The position numbers and the translations under genes are program-made. Source: Collodictyon triciliatum (Eukaryota). Taken from it: a DNA stretch of 38,298 nucleotides. The stretch lies in the NCBI GenBank assembly GCA_043381765.1, contig JBHJMP010000434.1, positions 1 to 38,298 on the forward strand, written 5' to 3'. Below, in pieces: positions 1-23,399 of this stretch. The notes beneath the pieces were generated by a model that was given only the letters and a program-made list of their open reading frames with translations, did no database searches and had not been told where the DNA came from. How positions within the stretch are numbered: position 1 is the stretch's first letter; every line of letters begins with the position of its first letter.

Positions 1-639
1 GCCTGTTTCTCTGGGGATAAGTTCCACTTTACAGCTCATATTACTACAAGATTATCATGTAGGAAAGCGATGCTTGCTCTGATTGAATAAAAACATATCC
101 TGTTACTATTGTAAGCAAAAAAATAAGACAAAATAAATAAAAGTAGCAAAGGGATAGAGGACAACCTTGATATGTACCGTTCAAATGAAATACCAAGACC
201 AATACACAACTAATAATCTTTAAGCATCAAGGGCGTGTGCAACAAAACCAATCTGTTATCTATGCATTACCAAAATAGTATTCATTGATCAATAAGATAT
301 TTCAAATGATTTATTATTCTGAGAGACTTAAGCATAGTACGTTAGTTTTTTTTTGGAAAAGGTTTACGAGGAAGCATCTTTGTGAGTTGTGAAAAAACAA
401 TTAGGGAATTTTTTTGCTTTTGTGAGTGTAGATATTGTGATTCGTATTAAAGAAAAAAAGAGTGAAAAATAAAAAGAACGACTGTGTCATAGAGAAAAGA
501 AAGTAATCTCATAAGAGACAGAGAAATACAAAAACGGGAATGCAAATAATCTTCAAATAAAAGAACGGGTTTACCTCTATATAAAACATATCACTAAATA
601 TTTAACTATTGGATGTAATTCTAATACAAAGACCCAAAT

Positions 640-1470
640 CTCCGCAATTCTCGATAGCCATGGCGTACTCCAAATTCTTTCGATATAAAATCATCAGCCC
701 GAGTCCTTACAAACTGGAGAAGATGAGTCGTTGGCCGAAACTTAGGCATTATAGACCCGCCGATAGTCAAAAGCTGGAAGCAAGCCCGCACATCCCAGTT
801 ACTCCCGAAACACTGCGCCGTAATGCTCAATATCTCCAACAGAGAGCTGTGGATAGGTGCGCGTGTAGTCCATGCAGCAACGACCTCTCCAGAATGCACC
901 ATGTGCCATAATGGGGATGACTCTATCGAACACACATTTGTGAAGTGCTCCCTTGCTCAAAAAGTGACAGAGTCTACCCACAAGATGCTCTCTGAGCTTG
1001 ATTATGCTCCCAACCGTCTCAGTGCGTCTGACATCCTGTTTGGCCCACAATACCAAATGACCCACGACTCTAGAATACTCTGGATAGTCACAAGGGACTT
1101 ATGCTGTGGTTCCTATGGAGTGTGCGCGCATTCTCTCGCTCTAATGACTCAACCGAAACAGAAATCAATGTATCCAGGCTTGAGAGCCTCGTGCAATACA
1201 GCTTCCTGAACAGCCTGCTGAAACACGCTCGCATTCTCCGCTACTCTGACCGCAAGCGAAGAGAGATATGGGAATGTGTCGTGCGATATCTCCCACAGCA
1301 CATCCAACCCCTGCTTTCCCACGCAACCAATCAACCAGTTGGGACGCCCGCCTGACCAACTCGCTATCACTGATTTCTTTCCAGTGCTAGTCTCTTTCCA
1401 GTAGTGTCTTCCCCTACTCGCGTCTTCCATAAATTATATGTGCCTCACTCGCTACGTACATGACTCAACT
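640..1470 (+). mobile_element. Degenerate, 5'-truncated non-LTR retrotransposon (L1/Tx1-like): ORF2 C-terminus with zf-RVT-type zinc knuckle, plus 3' UTR
   Basis: Reads SWKQARTSQLLPKHCAVMLNISNRELWIGARV...CTMCHNGDDSIEHTFVKC (C-x2-C...H-x4-C), then after a frameshift near 1100 LWFLWSVR, matching the W-x-x-W-x-x-R motif of L1-clade ORF2 ends. Another frameshift lies near 740 and the stop is at 1353-1355. It is intronless and GC-richer than its flanks. No RT core is visible. Confidence 0.75.
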
Positions 1471-1780
1471 TGTTTAAGCTTTGGCTGCAATTAAGAACTA
1501 ATGTCACATCTAAAACTTGTTAAGCACACCGCGATGTCGGCGTTTGCATCAACTACTCGACAGCTGTATTTCACCAAAGGCTTGACGGAGGCTTTGGATG
1601 ATTTTTTCTTCTTACCACTCGTACTTTATGTCTTCTTGGATTTTTTTTCTTCTCGTTCATACGATCACAAATATGAAGCTACCAGAGGAAAAGTCGGGTT
1701 CTTCACGTTTGTTTATTCAGTTAGAGAACCCCAAACTTTACGAAGGCGAGCTTTCGGTGTTTGGTCTCTACCGACATACC

Positions 1781-7461
<5,681 letters not shown>

Positions 7462-7721
7462 TCCTCCTCTCGCTTCTGCTTGTTTCTTGCTGCGGAAATC
7501 GTGTCCGTGTCGAAGGCCGATGTTCTCCGCACAAAGGTAAGAACAAACCTAATATTCCCAGTTTCTGATAAACGCTGTCCTTTGGTCTGTGGTATTTTTT
7601 GGCCTCTTTCTTGCAACGCGCAAAGACCTCTCTCCGAGTGGTGGGCTTGTTAACAAACAGTCCTCTTCTTCCCACGCCACTCTTGCAAAGGACTAGGATA
7701 ACCTCTGGAATGTGAAATCGG

Positions 7722-7921
7722 AGATGAAGACGAAGACGAGGATGATGATGATGATGATGATGAAGATGATAAAGGTAAAGATAAAGGTAAAGATAAAGAT
7801 ACAGATACAGATACAGATAAAGATAAAGATAAAGATAAAGATAAAGATAAAGATAAAGATAAAGATAAAGATAAAGATAAAGATAAAGATAAAGATAAAG
7901 ATAAAGATAAAGATAAAGATG
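7722..7921. repeat. (GAT)n and (AAGATA)n hexamer microsatellite between DPH5 and XPC
   Basis: Seen directly. Confidence 0.95.
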
Positions 7922-8064
7922 AAAAATGACGATAACAAATATATTACTATAATATTTGATATATAAAGGGATCATGTATTATGTGGATTTGGATAACTTT
8001 GAAGATAGGTCGCATTATCATATTCCTCTCTAGTCGATGGGGTTCTCTTTTCCTTTCTTAAATT

Positions 8065-9991
<1,927 letters not shown>

Positions 9992-10344
9992 CTTTCTCCA
10001 AGACCCTGTGCCAATCAAAGAGAGCAACTAAGCAACTTTCCAGCCCTCTTTGACGCGCGGACAGCCCACGAGAACCGCGTGAAAAGCTGATTCGTGGTCT
10101 GCGCTGGGGGTGTGGGAAGGTAAGTAAAGAAGTTTTGATCGCGGTAGCCAAAAATATTTCCGCTTTATATATACCGTATAAAAAATATGGTAATAATAGA
10201 AAATGTCATATGATAATTTTCTCGGTTGCCTTCACAATCGGATCCCTTATTTTCTCTTTTCTTTTCTCCCTTATTTTCTCTTTTTAATACTTTTTTCACA
10301 TTCTCTATTTTCTCTTTTCTTTTCTCTTTTTCTTTTCTTTTCTA

Positions 10345-10506
10345 TTTTTTATTTCATTTTGTTTTGTTTTGTTTTGTTTTACTTTATTTTACTTTATTTT
10401 ACTTTACTTTATTTCATTTTATTTTGTTTTGTTTTGTTTTGTTTTGTTTTACTTTATTTTACTTCACTTTATTTCATTTTACTTTATTTTATTTCATTTT
10501 ATTTTG
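10345..10506. repeat. Degenerate pentamer tract (TTTTG/TTTTA/CTTTA/TTTCA)n in the divergent DPH5-kinase intergenic region
   Basis: Seen directly. Confidence 0.9.
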
Positions 10507-10614
10507 ACTCTCAAATGGCTCAGACTTTATGAGATTTATTCCCACAACGTGTCGCTTGACGGAAAGAGTCAGCGCGTGATCCAGACAACTTCTAAGCTGC
10601 AAATAAACTTGCAG

Positions 10615-14545
<3,931 letters not shown>

Positions 14546-14764
14546 AGACTCTGTGCAAAGCAAAGCAGAGATATGCAGAGACAGACAGAGACAAAGACAA
14601 AACAAAACAAAACAAAACAAAACAAAGCAGATTCGATCAGTATTAAACAAAGCCATTTATTCGCAACAGCCAAAACAGCAAAACTCCACCCAACGAGTAC
14701 TCCCTTCTGCGCGCTTGATCACTCACTGTCCCATTCTTCAAACACAAGCGGGCTCGCGGCTCTT

Positions 14765-14986
14765 CTAAGGCATGGAAAAGCGATCGACAAGTCTCCCACA
14801 GAGCGTTGCTGTAGCAATCATTGTAACAAAGAGCGCAGCGCGTGTGATTGCAAGGCTTTCTAGTCTTTGAGACTCGCCTTCCTCTTCAAAGAGCTGAAAC
14901 ACCCGGCGCAGATACACGGTCTTGTTTTCCTCCTTGTCTCTCAGGTACTCGCGGTTCGGGTCCAGGCTGATATTCACGCGACTCAT
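14765..14986 (-). CDS. Possible small intronless protein (73 aa) with a C-terminal hydrophobic helix
   Basis: ATG with A at -3; about 50% GC; charged N-terminal half followed by LAITRAALFVTMIATATLCG. No family recognised. Confidence 0.4.
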   Translation of the reverse strand: MSRVNISLDPNREYLRDKEENKTVYLRRVFQLFEEEGESQRLESLAITRAALFVTMIATATLCGRLVDRFSMP

Positions 14987-15266
14987 GCTGTTTGGTCTGC
15001 GTCTGTGTGCTTGTGTCTTTGCGCCCCTGCGAAGCGGATGGGCCGGCTGAAGCGCGTTCGAACCGGGCCTCTGAGCGTGTGAGCGAGTGAGTGGTTATGT
15101 GGGGGGAGTTATCGTGGTGTTAGTGCTTGTTTTGTTATTATTATAGTTTATGATTTGGTTGTTTTTTTCTTTGGCGCAGAGAGAGAAGCAGGTCTTGTAA
15201 TTGTGTGTGGGTTGGGTTTAGTTGTCGGGATCGTCAGAGGGTGGTTGATTGGCGCTGTTTGCAGAT

Positions 15267-18200
15267 TCAACAGCCGCGACAAAGGAGGCGTCGTCCATTG
15301 GTTCGTCGTGCTCGCCTTCTGTGTTTGCTGCTGTTGGTGGTGGTTGTTGCCAACGTGTCATTAGGAAAAGAAGGCGTTTTGGTGTCGCACATTCTGAAAA
15401 GAGACCCCAAGATAGAAAGATGAAGAAAAAAAGAAAAAGAAGAGTCATGCTGCTTCCTATTTTTTTGATTTTGTATATTGTCAGATTGTGAGATATATAG
15501 TGAAAACATAAAGTCCATACCATCTGCGCTCTCACCTGGAAGGTCTATTCTGGAGCTCCCTATGTGCATTTTTTTTGTTTAAGTTTGTGGGATAACACAG
15601 GTACATCATGATGACAAAAAAAAAGCAATATTTTATGTTGAAAGATATTATAAGATGATGAATGTTGGCAGTTGTTTCCTTTTTTGCACCTAGTTTCCCA
15701 AGTGATTCGCCCTTCGGCTATGGAGCGAAAGGCAGGTGTGGTATCAGTAAAAAGTTTTTGGGTAGTAGGAGTGATACCTTTTCAAAATAAGAAAAGGATA
15801 ATTAGACTAATGACCCTACATACCTTTTTCCCGTGGTCATCCCTAGTGATTGGTCAAGTTACGAAACAGTTTAGTGATGCATCAAAGAGAAATATTTGTA
15901 CGAGTATCAGTTTTATATATTTCTTGTATTTTTGTATAACTTTCTTTAATAATGCTGTTAAACGAGTGTCCTTTTTTTATTAAAAAAAAACCATAACAAC
16001 AAATCTTGTCGTACTTTGAGCGTTTTGGGTCTACAAGGGAGCGAATATTCAACTTTTCCACAAGTGTTTTAGCTCTACTGACTGACTCATCTGACGGACC
16101 CGGTACCAAGGGCTTCAGGGTGTCTCGAAAGAGGTCTGACTCGCTGGGCTCAAAAATACATATCTGGGCACATGACTTTCCTTTGTATCTAGCCGAGAAG
16201 AGTTGGTACTGTATATATGATACATTATCAACTAAATTCATCTCATTATCGGTTGTATTTTAGGTCAATAAGCGAATCACTAAATGTATAGCGAATAGAT
16301 ATACGTAAATACATAAATAAAACAAACATCGCGGTCTAGTTCGTCGTTGTGTGCGTTTGGTGCCTCTTGTGCGGGTGGTTGGACAGGAAGAGGTGGCGGA
16401 TTGAATGAGGACGAGTTGTTTGCCAGGAGCTTGATTGACTATATTCGTCTAGTTCAGCACGTATGCGTTTTTTCCGTAATATTATTTTTTTTCGAGAGGA
16501 ATCGATGTTTATGATTGGATGCTCAATATTTTTTTAAGATTCTACTCAGATATTGCAATACATATGTAATTAAAGTAGTATATGAGGTATGTATCCGGTT
16601 CCATCATCATACTTACCACCAGGTTGATATCGTATGTCAAAGTACTCATTCTCCTGGGCATGGGGATGGAAGCCTTCAAGTCAGCTTTGCTGCTATCGTC
16701 AATACTCAGCTCTCGGATGAGACCCTGGTCAAAATATTATGAAATTCGATGCATATAGATACGTCGAATCATGTCGTACATAAAAATAGTATATTGTTGA
16801 ATATTACTGGAAGTCTTTTCACTATCGGAGCAAAGGCCATAACTTCAGGCATTCCAGGTCTTTTCGCCGGGTCAAGGACTGTCTCATACGTTCATTAATT
16901 TTTTTAAAAAAAAAAGTGATTTTTTATTAGACTTTGGTATTAATGAGAACGAGGATACTATTGGTATTATGAAAAATTAAATAGTGGCATTTGCTAGTTA
17001 GTGGTATTCAACATGACCATTGCAATACATAATTCATGTCCATAAAAGCTTCGCTATGTTTGTCAAAGGAAACAAACCCAGCATATCAGCGATAGCCTGG
17101 GTTAGTTCCTTGCTATATTGCTTGGGAAGTTTTGCGTATTGCCCCTTAATGACCTTTTTCGCCAGATCCTAGACATGTGTGAACCATTGTGGCCGTTAAG
17201 CGTTATAAAATTAACAGTGTATGGCTTGTTGCCTTCCCATCCATGACGGTTTACAATGATTACCTTAACATTAGCAGCGTCGAATGGGTACTTCAGACAA
17301 GCAATCTCATACAATATGATACCTGCTCATGTATGGCGATTGCGTTGATATTTTCTTGTTCATAAGTTTAAAAATACATCATGCGCTTTTTTTCTGTATC
17401 TCACCTAGGGCCCAAACATCACTTTTGTGGTTGTACTCTTGACTTTGCCAAACTTCTGGGCTCAAATAATACGGTGTTCCTAATTCATTCATTATTTTCA
17501 GGCTAAACGGTGATAGTTGAAAAACGTAAACATAGGTGAGTTCCTTTTCTTTTCTTCTTTTCCTCTCAAACCCACCAATTCTGGTCTTTGCCATTTCCTC
17601 CTTGGATTTCAAAAGGCGGGCCACACCAAAGTCGGCCAACTTTGTCTTTCCGTCTGACATTAGTAGTATATTTGCAGATTTCAAGTCGCGATGTAGGATA
17701 TTTTCAGAATGAAGCACATCCACTGAGAGGGCTATCTTTTGATTGCGATTGGCATTTAGTACACAAAGAGCCATACCGTACATTTAAAGTGGAGAAATAT
17801 TGAATACTTTCTTTTCCTAAAGATGCTAAGAAATGGAAAAATGTATCGAAAGCCACACAGGCAAAAAAGAAAAGAAAAGAAAAGAAAAGAAAAAAATGAG
17901 ATAATATATGTAATTACTTTTTTTTCCTTTAAATATATGTAATTACTTGAATGAAGAGTCTCCAGACGTATTCTTCGTCAAAGTAATTTGATGCCAACTT
18001 TCTCGTCTTGATTTCTGACTCCAAGTCTCCTTTATCAACATATTCCATCGCCTAGTTTGTATTTGTAAAGGACGACTTGAACACAACTTAATGATGGAGC
18101 ATTACATCTTGTTACTGTCTTCTTTACTTTTCTTTTTTCTTTTTTTGAATAGAAATGGTACGATGTGGAGATGTCCATGGTCAACGAAGGACTGGTAATA

Positions 18201-18780
18201 TCTCATCACGTTTGGATGCTGCATGGACCCGAGAAGACGAATTTCATTCAGAGTGTCCTTTCTAATTACGTCAATAAAGTAGATAGATATTTTGCGATAA
18301 ATAAGAGGGGATTCCGTTCATGAATGAAATTCGTAGCTGATGATGGCTTCAATTGGACGATAAAAATCGTGTGGTGGGTAAGATGCAGCTGGTCGATACC
18401 TCTGTTTTTTGTTCAAGTCTCGCACATCAACGACTTTCAAGGCACATCTTTTTTAAAAAATATATTTAAGAAAATGATTGACTATTCATAAAATCATCAT
18501 CGTATTCGTTTCTTTGGAGTATTTCACGAGTAACAATTATATCTTCTAGAGAAAAGAAAATTTGATTTTTAGAGAAAAGAGGGGGAAAAGAAGCATAAAT
18601 GAACCATATTCACTTCTGAAGCAAGATGCTCAGTTGCCTTCGCATTAGGAAGGAGGAAAGGGAACAAGCTATTGCCGTGGGTATTTACGTGAGATTATCC
18701 GACAGTCTGCGGGCAAGGTACACAGCACCATAACTTCCCTGACCGAGCAGTTTGATGACTTCAAAGTCGCGGATGATCAT
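15267..18780 (-). CDS. NIMA-related (NEK) Ser/Thr kinase, multi-exon; 3' end uncertain (about 15218-15720)
   Basis: MIIRDFEVIKLLGQGSYGAVYLARR; CALKVVDV; DTLNEIRLLGSMQHPNVMRYYQSFVD; AMEYVDKGDL...FDEEYVWRLFIQ; ILHRDLKSANILL; LADFGVARLL...[50 protein letters not shown]. Non-catalytic exons follow at ~16618-16734, ~16329-16438 and ~16015-16210. The phases of the last exons could not be resolved unambiguously. Confidence 0.9.
17903..17948 (-). mobile_element. 12-nt retroelement 3' end (TAAAGG-A6) flanked by a 17-bp target-site duplication at a NEK splice donor
   Basis: AATATATGTAATTACTT occurs at 17903-17919 and 17932-17948. The insert 17920-17931 reads TAAAGGAAAAAA on the minus strand. Confidence 0.65.
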
Positions 18781-18836
18781 TTAATTGTAGTTTGGTTTTT
18801 GGTTTGGTTCTTTTTTTTTTTTTTTTTTTTTTTTTT

Positions 18837-18936
18837 NNNNNNNNNNNNNNNNNNNNNNNNNNNNNNNNNNNNNNNNNNNNNNNNNNNNNNNNNNNNNNNN
18901 NNNNNNNNNNNNNNNNNNNNNNNNNNNNNNNNNNNN
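18837..18936. other. Assembly gap (100 N, probably a placeholder of unknown size) next to a poly(T) tract
   Basis: Seen directly. Confidence 0.98.
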
Positions 18937-19032
18937 TTCTCCTACTCGCGTTTGCTCTCTCCCATGCGCTCCCATCCCGCCCCTTTGTATGGCATAACCT
19001 CGCTACACTTTGAATCGAATAAAGGAAAAAAA
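18937..19032 (+). mobile_element. Retroelement 3' UTR with AATAAA and A-tail, emerging from the assembly gap
   Basis: Ends CTTTGAATCGAATAAAGG-A7 followed by (TTA)n. Shares CCTACTCGCGT and CTCGCTAC, in the same order, with 1413-1455 downstream of the LINE ORF. Confidence 0.7.
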
Positions 19033-19474
19033 ATTATTATTATTATTATTATTATTATTTTGTAGTGCTTGGGTGATAAATAATCAAGAATGTAAAACAG
19101 ACGGAAGGTACAGCAGATTCGGACGGGACACTGTTGAAAAAGCATCACGGAGTAACTGGTCAGATATGATAAATGTGGCGAATAGATTGAAAATGCTAAT
19201 AAACATTCAGACACACGGGCTGTAGACCAGTAATATTTGAGTCAACCACGGAGATAGATATGGTTGATAAAAGGAACACTTATGAATGAAAGAATGGCAA
19301 ATTCGCATATCATAACTTATGATTGTCATCTCATTGAACGATATCGACAACCCCATGTCATACCCCACTCGTTCAGTCAGCCTTCGTCGCCTTCTCTCTT
19401 TATTTTCTAGTGAACTGGATTGTTTTCTTTTTCTCTTCTTTTTTTCTCCAAAGAAGAGATGACCCGCAATATGG

Positions 19475-20306
<832 letters not shown>

Positions 20307-20601
20307 TCTTCACAACAATACAGAGTCTGCAGATCTGTCATAAAGGACGTTCCACACATTAGCCGGAGAGGCAAAGAGGATGTCGTCAGCAAACAGGCAG
20401 CTGGACTTAAAGATACTCCGCCTTCCATGGCGCACGACGGCAGCCTTTTTCTTCTTTCATTAACAAACAAAAATAAAAAAAAAATACTTCTATTATTTAT
20501 GTTTCCTTATCGCTTGGTTGTGTCTCGAACAGAAGAGCTCAATAATAGTTTTTTAACTTTTTTTCTTTTTCCGTCTTGATGGGTGGCATAAAACACGTCT
20601 T

Positions 20602-20784
20602 GAATTAATGACGCATCATTTTTTTTTTTTTTGGTTTCTTTTCAACAGTTTATTGAGAGAAAACAAAGCCGAGGAAACCGCCTTCGCCTCTAGGACAAGA
20701 AATGAGCTGTGGACGAGACAGTGGAAAACCCCGGATTGTGTGGTTGGAGTTTTTGTGTTTTGGGTGGAATTAATGACGCATCAT
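20602..20784. promoter_or_regulatory. Two exact copies of GAATTAATGACGCATCAT in the divergent intergenic region; candidate bZIP-type sites
   Basis: Copies at 20602-20619 and 20767-20784. Each contains a TGACG half-site within the near-palindrome ATGA-CGCA-TCAT. Function is inferred only. Confidence 0.4.
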
Positions 20785-21075
20785 AAAGCATTCTAGCTTG
20801 TTTGGCAGAATACAACACAGTTTCCCTTCTCTTCTTTTTGGCAGAGGGAAGGGAGAGGTGATCTTTGAGTCTGACCGGTCATGAGTTTGATATAGGGTCT
20901 CGCTTTTTCTCTCTACTTCTTGTTACCTTCTCGCAAAGTATTCTAAACTGCAGCGTTGGCACACACACACATACACCTCCCCCGATACGCTTGTCTATTT
21001 GCTTTCCTTTTCTTACTTTGCGTATGTATTGCTTTCCCATGTCCATTAGCTTGTTTTCCGAACCTTTAGCTTAGC

Positions 21076-22768
21076 ATGTCAGACAGTCTGCGCCTTCGCG
21101 TAGAGGTCAGTTCATTTCATGTTTTTTTTCTTTATTTCTTTATTTCTTTATTTCTTTTTTTCTTTTTTCTTTTTTCTTTTTTCTTTTTTTCTTTTTCTTT
21201 TTCTTTTTTCTTTTATATATATATATATATATATCATTTCCCCCATTTCTCTATCATCATATTCTGAATTAGCCACCAACATTCTATCAGCTCTTTGAAT
21301 ACAACATGAATGTATCACAAGTGTGTTTTTGTAGTTGTATATTATTCAGAGCTTTTGTTTTTTTTCGCGTAATCATCAAGGTTGATCCCATACTCGAAGA
21401 GTTCAATTGCCCTATCTGCTACCGCTTGGTAAAAGATTGCACAATGACATTATGTGGACATAACTTCTGCCAGCAATGTTTGTTTATTTGGACATCAAGG
21501 TTTGCAATTGAATTTTGCAAAGTTTACAAATTATTATGAACTTACATAAAAAATCGAAAAAGAAAAATTAAGTAAAAGACGTAGAGCCTGAAATAATTCT
21601 TCTTTTGGCTAATAATTCAAATAAAATGCCTTTCAGCAAGTTGACCTGTCCATGTTGTATGCAGCCTATAAAGAAAGAAGAGCTTGTAAAGAATCACCAC
21701 TTTGACCATATTGTCGAAACAATCATGCAAGAGAAAAAAAGAGCAGAAAAATCATATTTTGAAGAACTCATACAATCTGGCCAGGATTCCGGTGAGCATG
21801 TAGTTGACGGGCAAAAAGGTGGCTTTTTTTTTTTGTTAACTTATAACGATGAGGAAATTAAAGCATGGAAAACAAAATATAGCATCATGTATAAAGAAGA
21901 TGTGAAAAAAAAAAGAAATCAAAACATTCTTGATAGTTGGATTGAGCATCTTTCTTAGGATTTGGGAATATAAACTGATACAGATACAAAAAAAAACTGA
22001 TAATTATAATGATAATGATAATGATAATCACATTAAATAAATTAGTCTAGAAAGCTGATTTTTTTGTTTATTTCTATTTTACCTTAATAAATGATACATC
22101 AGGGAAAGCAGCAGCAGTCCGTTCGATTGATACAATTTTTCAAGTTCAATTAAAGCGTCATATATCCAAGGCTAAAGGAATCGAGCAGGCAAACTTCATT
22201 TAATATCCTAGTGACTCAAGACTTTACTCGTGTGCTGACCGATCAGTGTATTTCTTGTTATTAAAATCATGAAATGATTCCATTATTGATTGTCATCATA
22301 CTTTTATGGTGGCTTACAGGAGCTAATCAGTCAGCAACGCACAATATCTTCTAAGCTTGATGACGAGCGAAAATCAAAAATCAAGCAAATAACCGAGGCA
22401 AATCATGGAGCAGCCGCTGGTACTTATTCATCTATAATTCATGAGCCAAAATATGTTTTTTTAAAAAAATCACATACTATCATTAAAAAAGAACTTTTGA
22501 TTGCCACTTTCTTTTACATTTAATACTGCAATAGAAAAAAGAATAAATGAAATATTAGGAAGAAAAAGAATATTGCTATGTTTTTTTTCCAAAAAAAAAA
22601 AGAAGAATGAATGCCGATTTTGCTAACATCCACTACATATCGATGATGATTATTCTTAATAAGGCGAGAAAATACAGGAAATCAACAGTAGTTATGATAG
22701 AAAGATGAAAGAAATTGAAGAACATTATAATATCTCTAAAGAAATGTTACTCAACGGATTTGATAGGT

Positions 22769-22811
<43 letters not shown>

Positions 22812-23303
22812 TTCTGTTGATTAATGTCTCCATAAATTGTGTTAACATAAGCATCGCACTAAGCAAAGTGTTGAAACAATGGAATGTTTTTCTCAAAACT
22901 GCCTAATTTTAATATTTTTTTATACTGTTCTAGTTAATTTTTTCTCTACGTAATAGTAATAAATTAACGCATAATTATTTTAACAATTTTACATTTTATA
23001 ACTTATCCTGTCGTAGTGCATTGCAAGATTTTAGCCCAGAGCCTATCGATATGCAGTTCTCTGTTGATTTCTCTATCGAAGTGAGGCCAAACATACGATT
23101 CCCACGGGTTGCTGTAAAGGGGTCTTACACCAAGAGGGATGTTTTTGAGACATTGAGGCGGTTACTAGCTGAAAAGGACAATCATATTGAGCCTTTGTCT
23201 TTACATAATCTATTCGTATTGAAAAGGTTTGTGAATTTGCTGTGTGATTCGAAAATTTCGAGATTGGCTTTTGTTTTATTGAAATGAATAATATGCTTTT
23301 TTT

Positions 23304-23399
<96 letters not shown>

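Noticed and set aside
1-600. Possible short minus-strand exons (for example LCIGLGISFER near 177-208)
   Set aside because: No recognisable motif, and no frame-consistent model can be built within the window.
15030-15080. GTTCGAACC B-box/T-loop-like motif suggesting a tRNA or SINE
   Set aside because: No T-stem pairing, cloverleaf or A-box on either strand.
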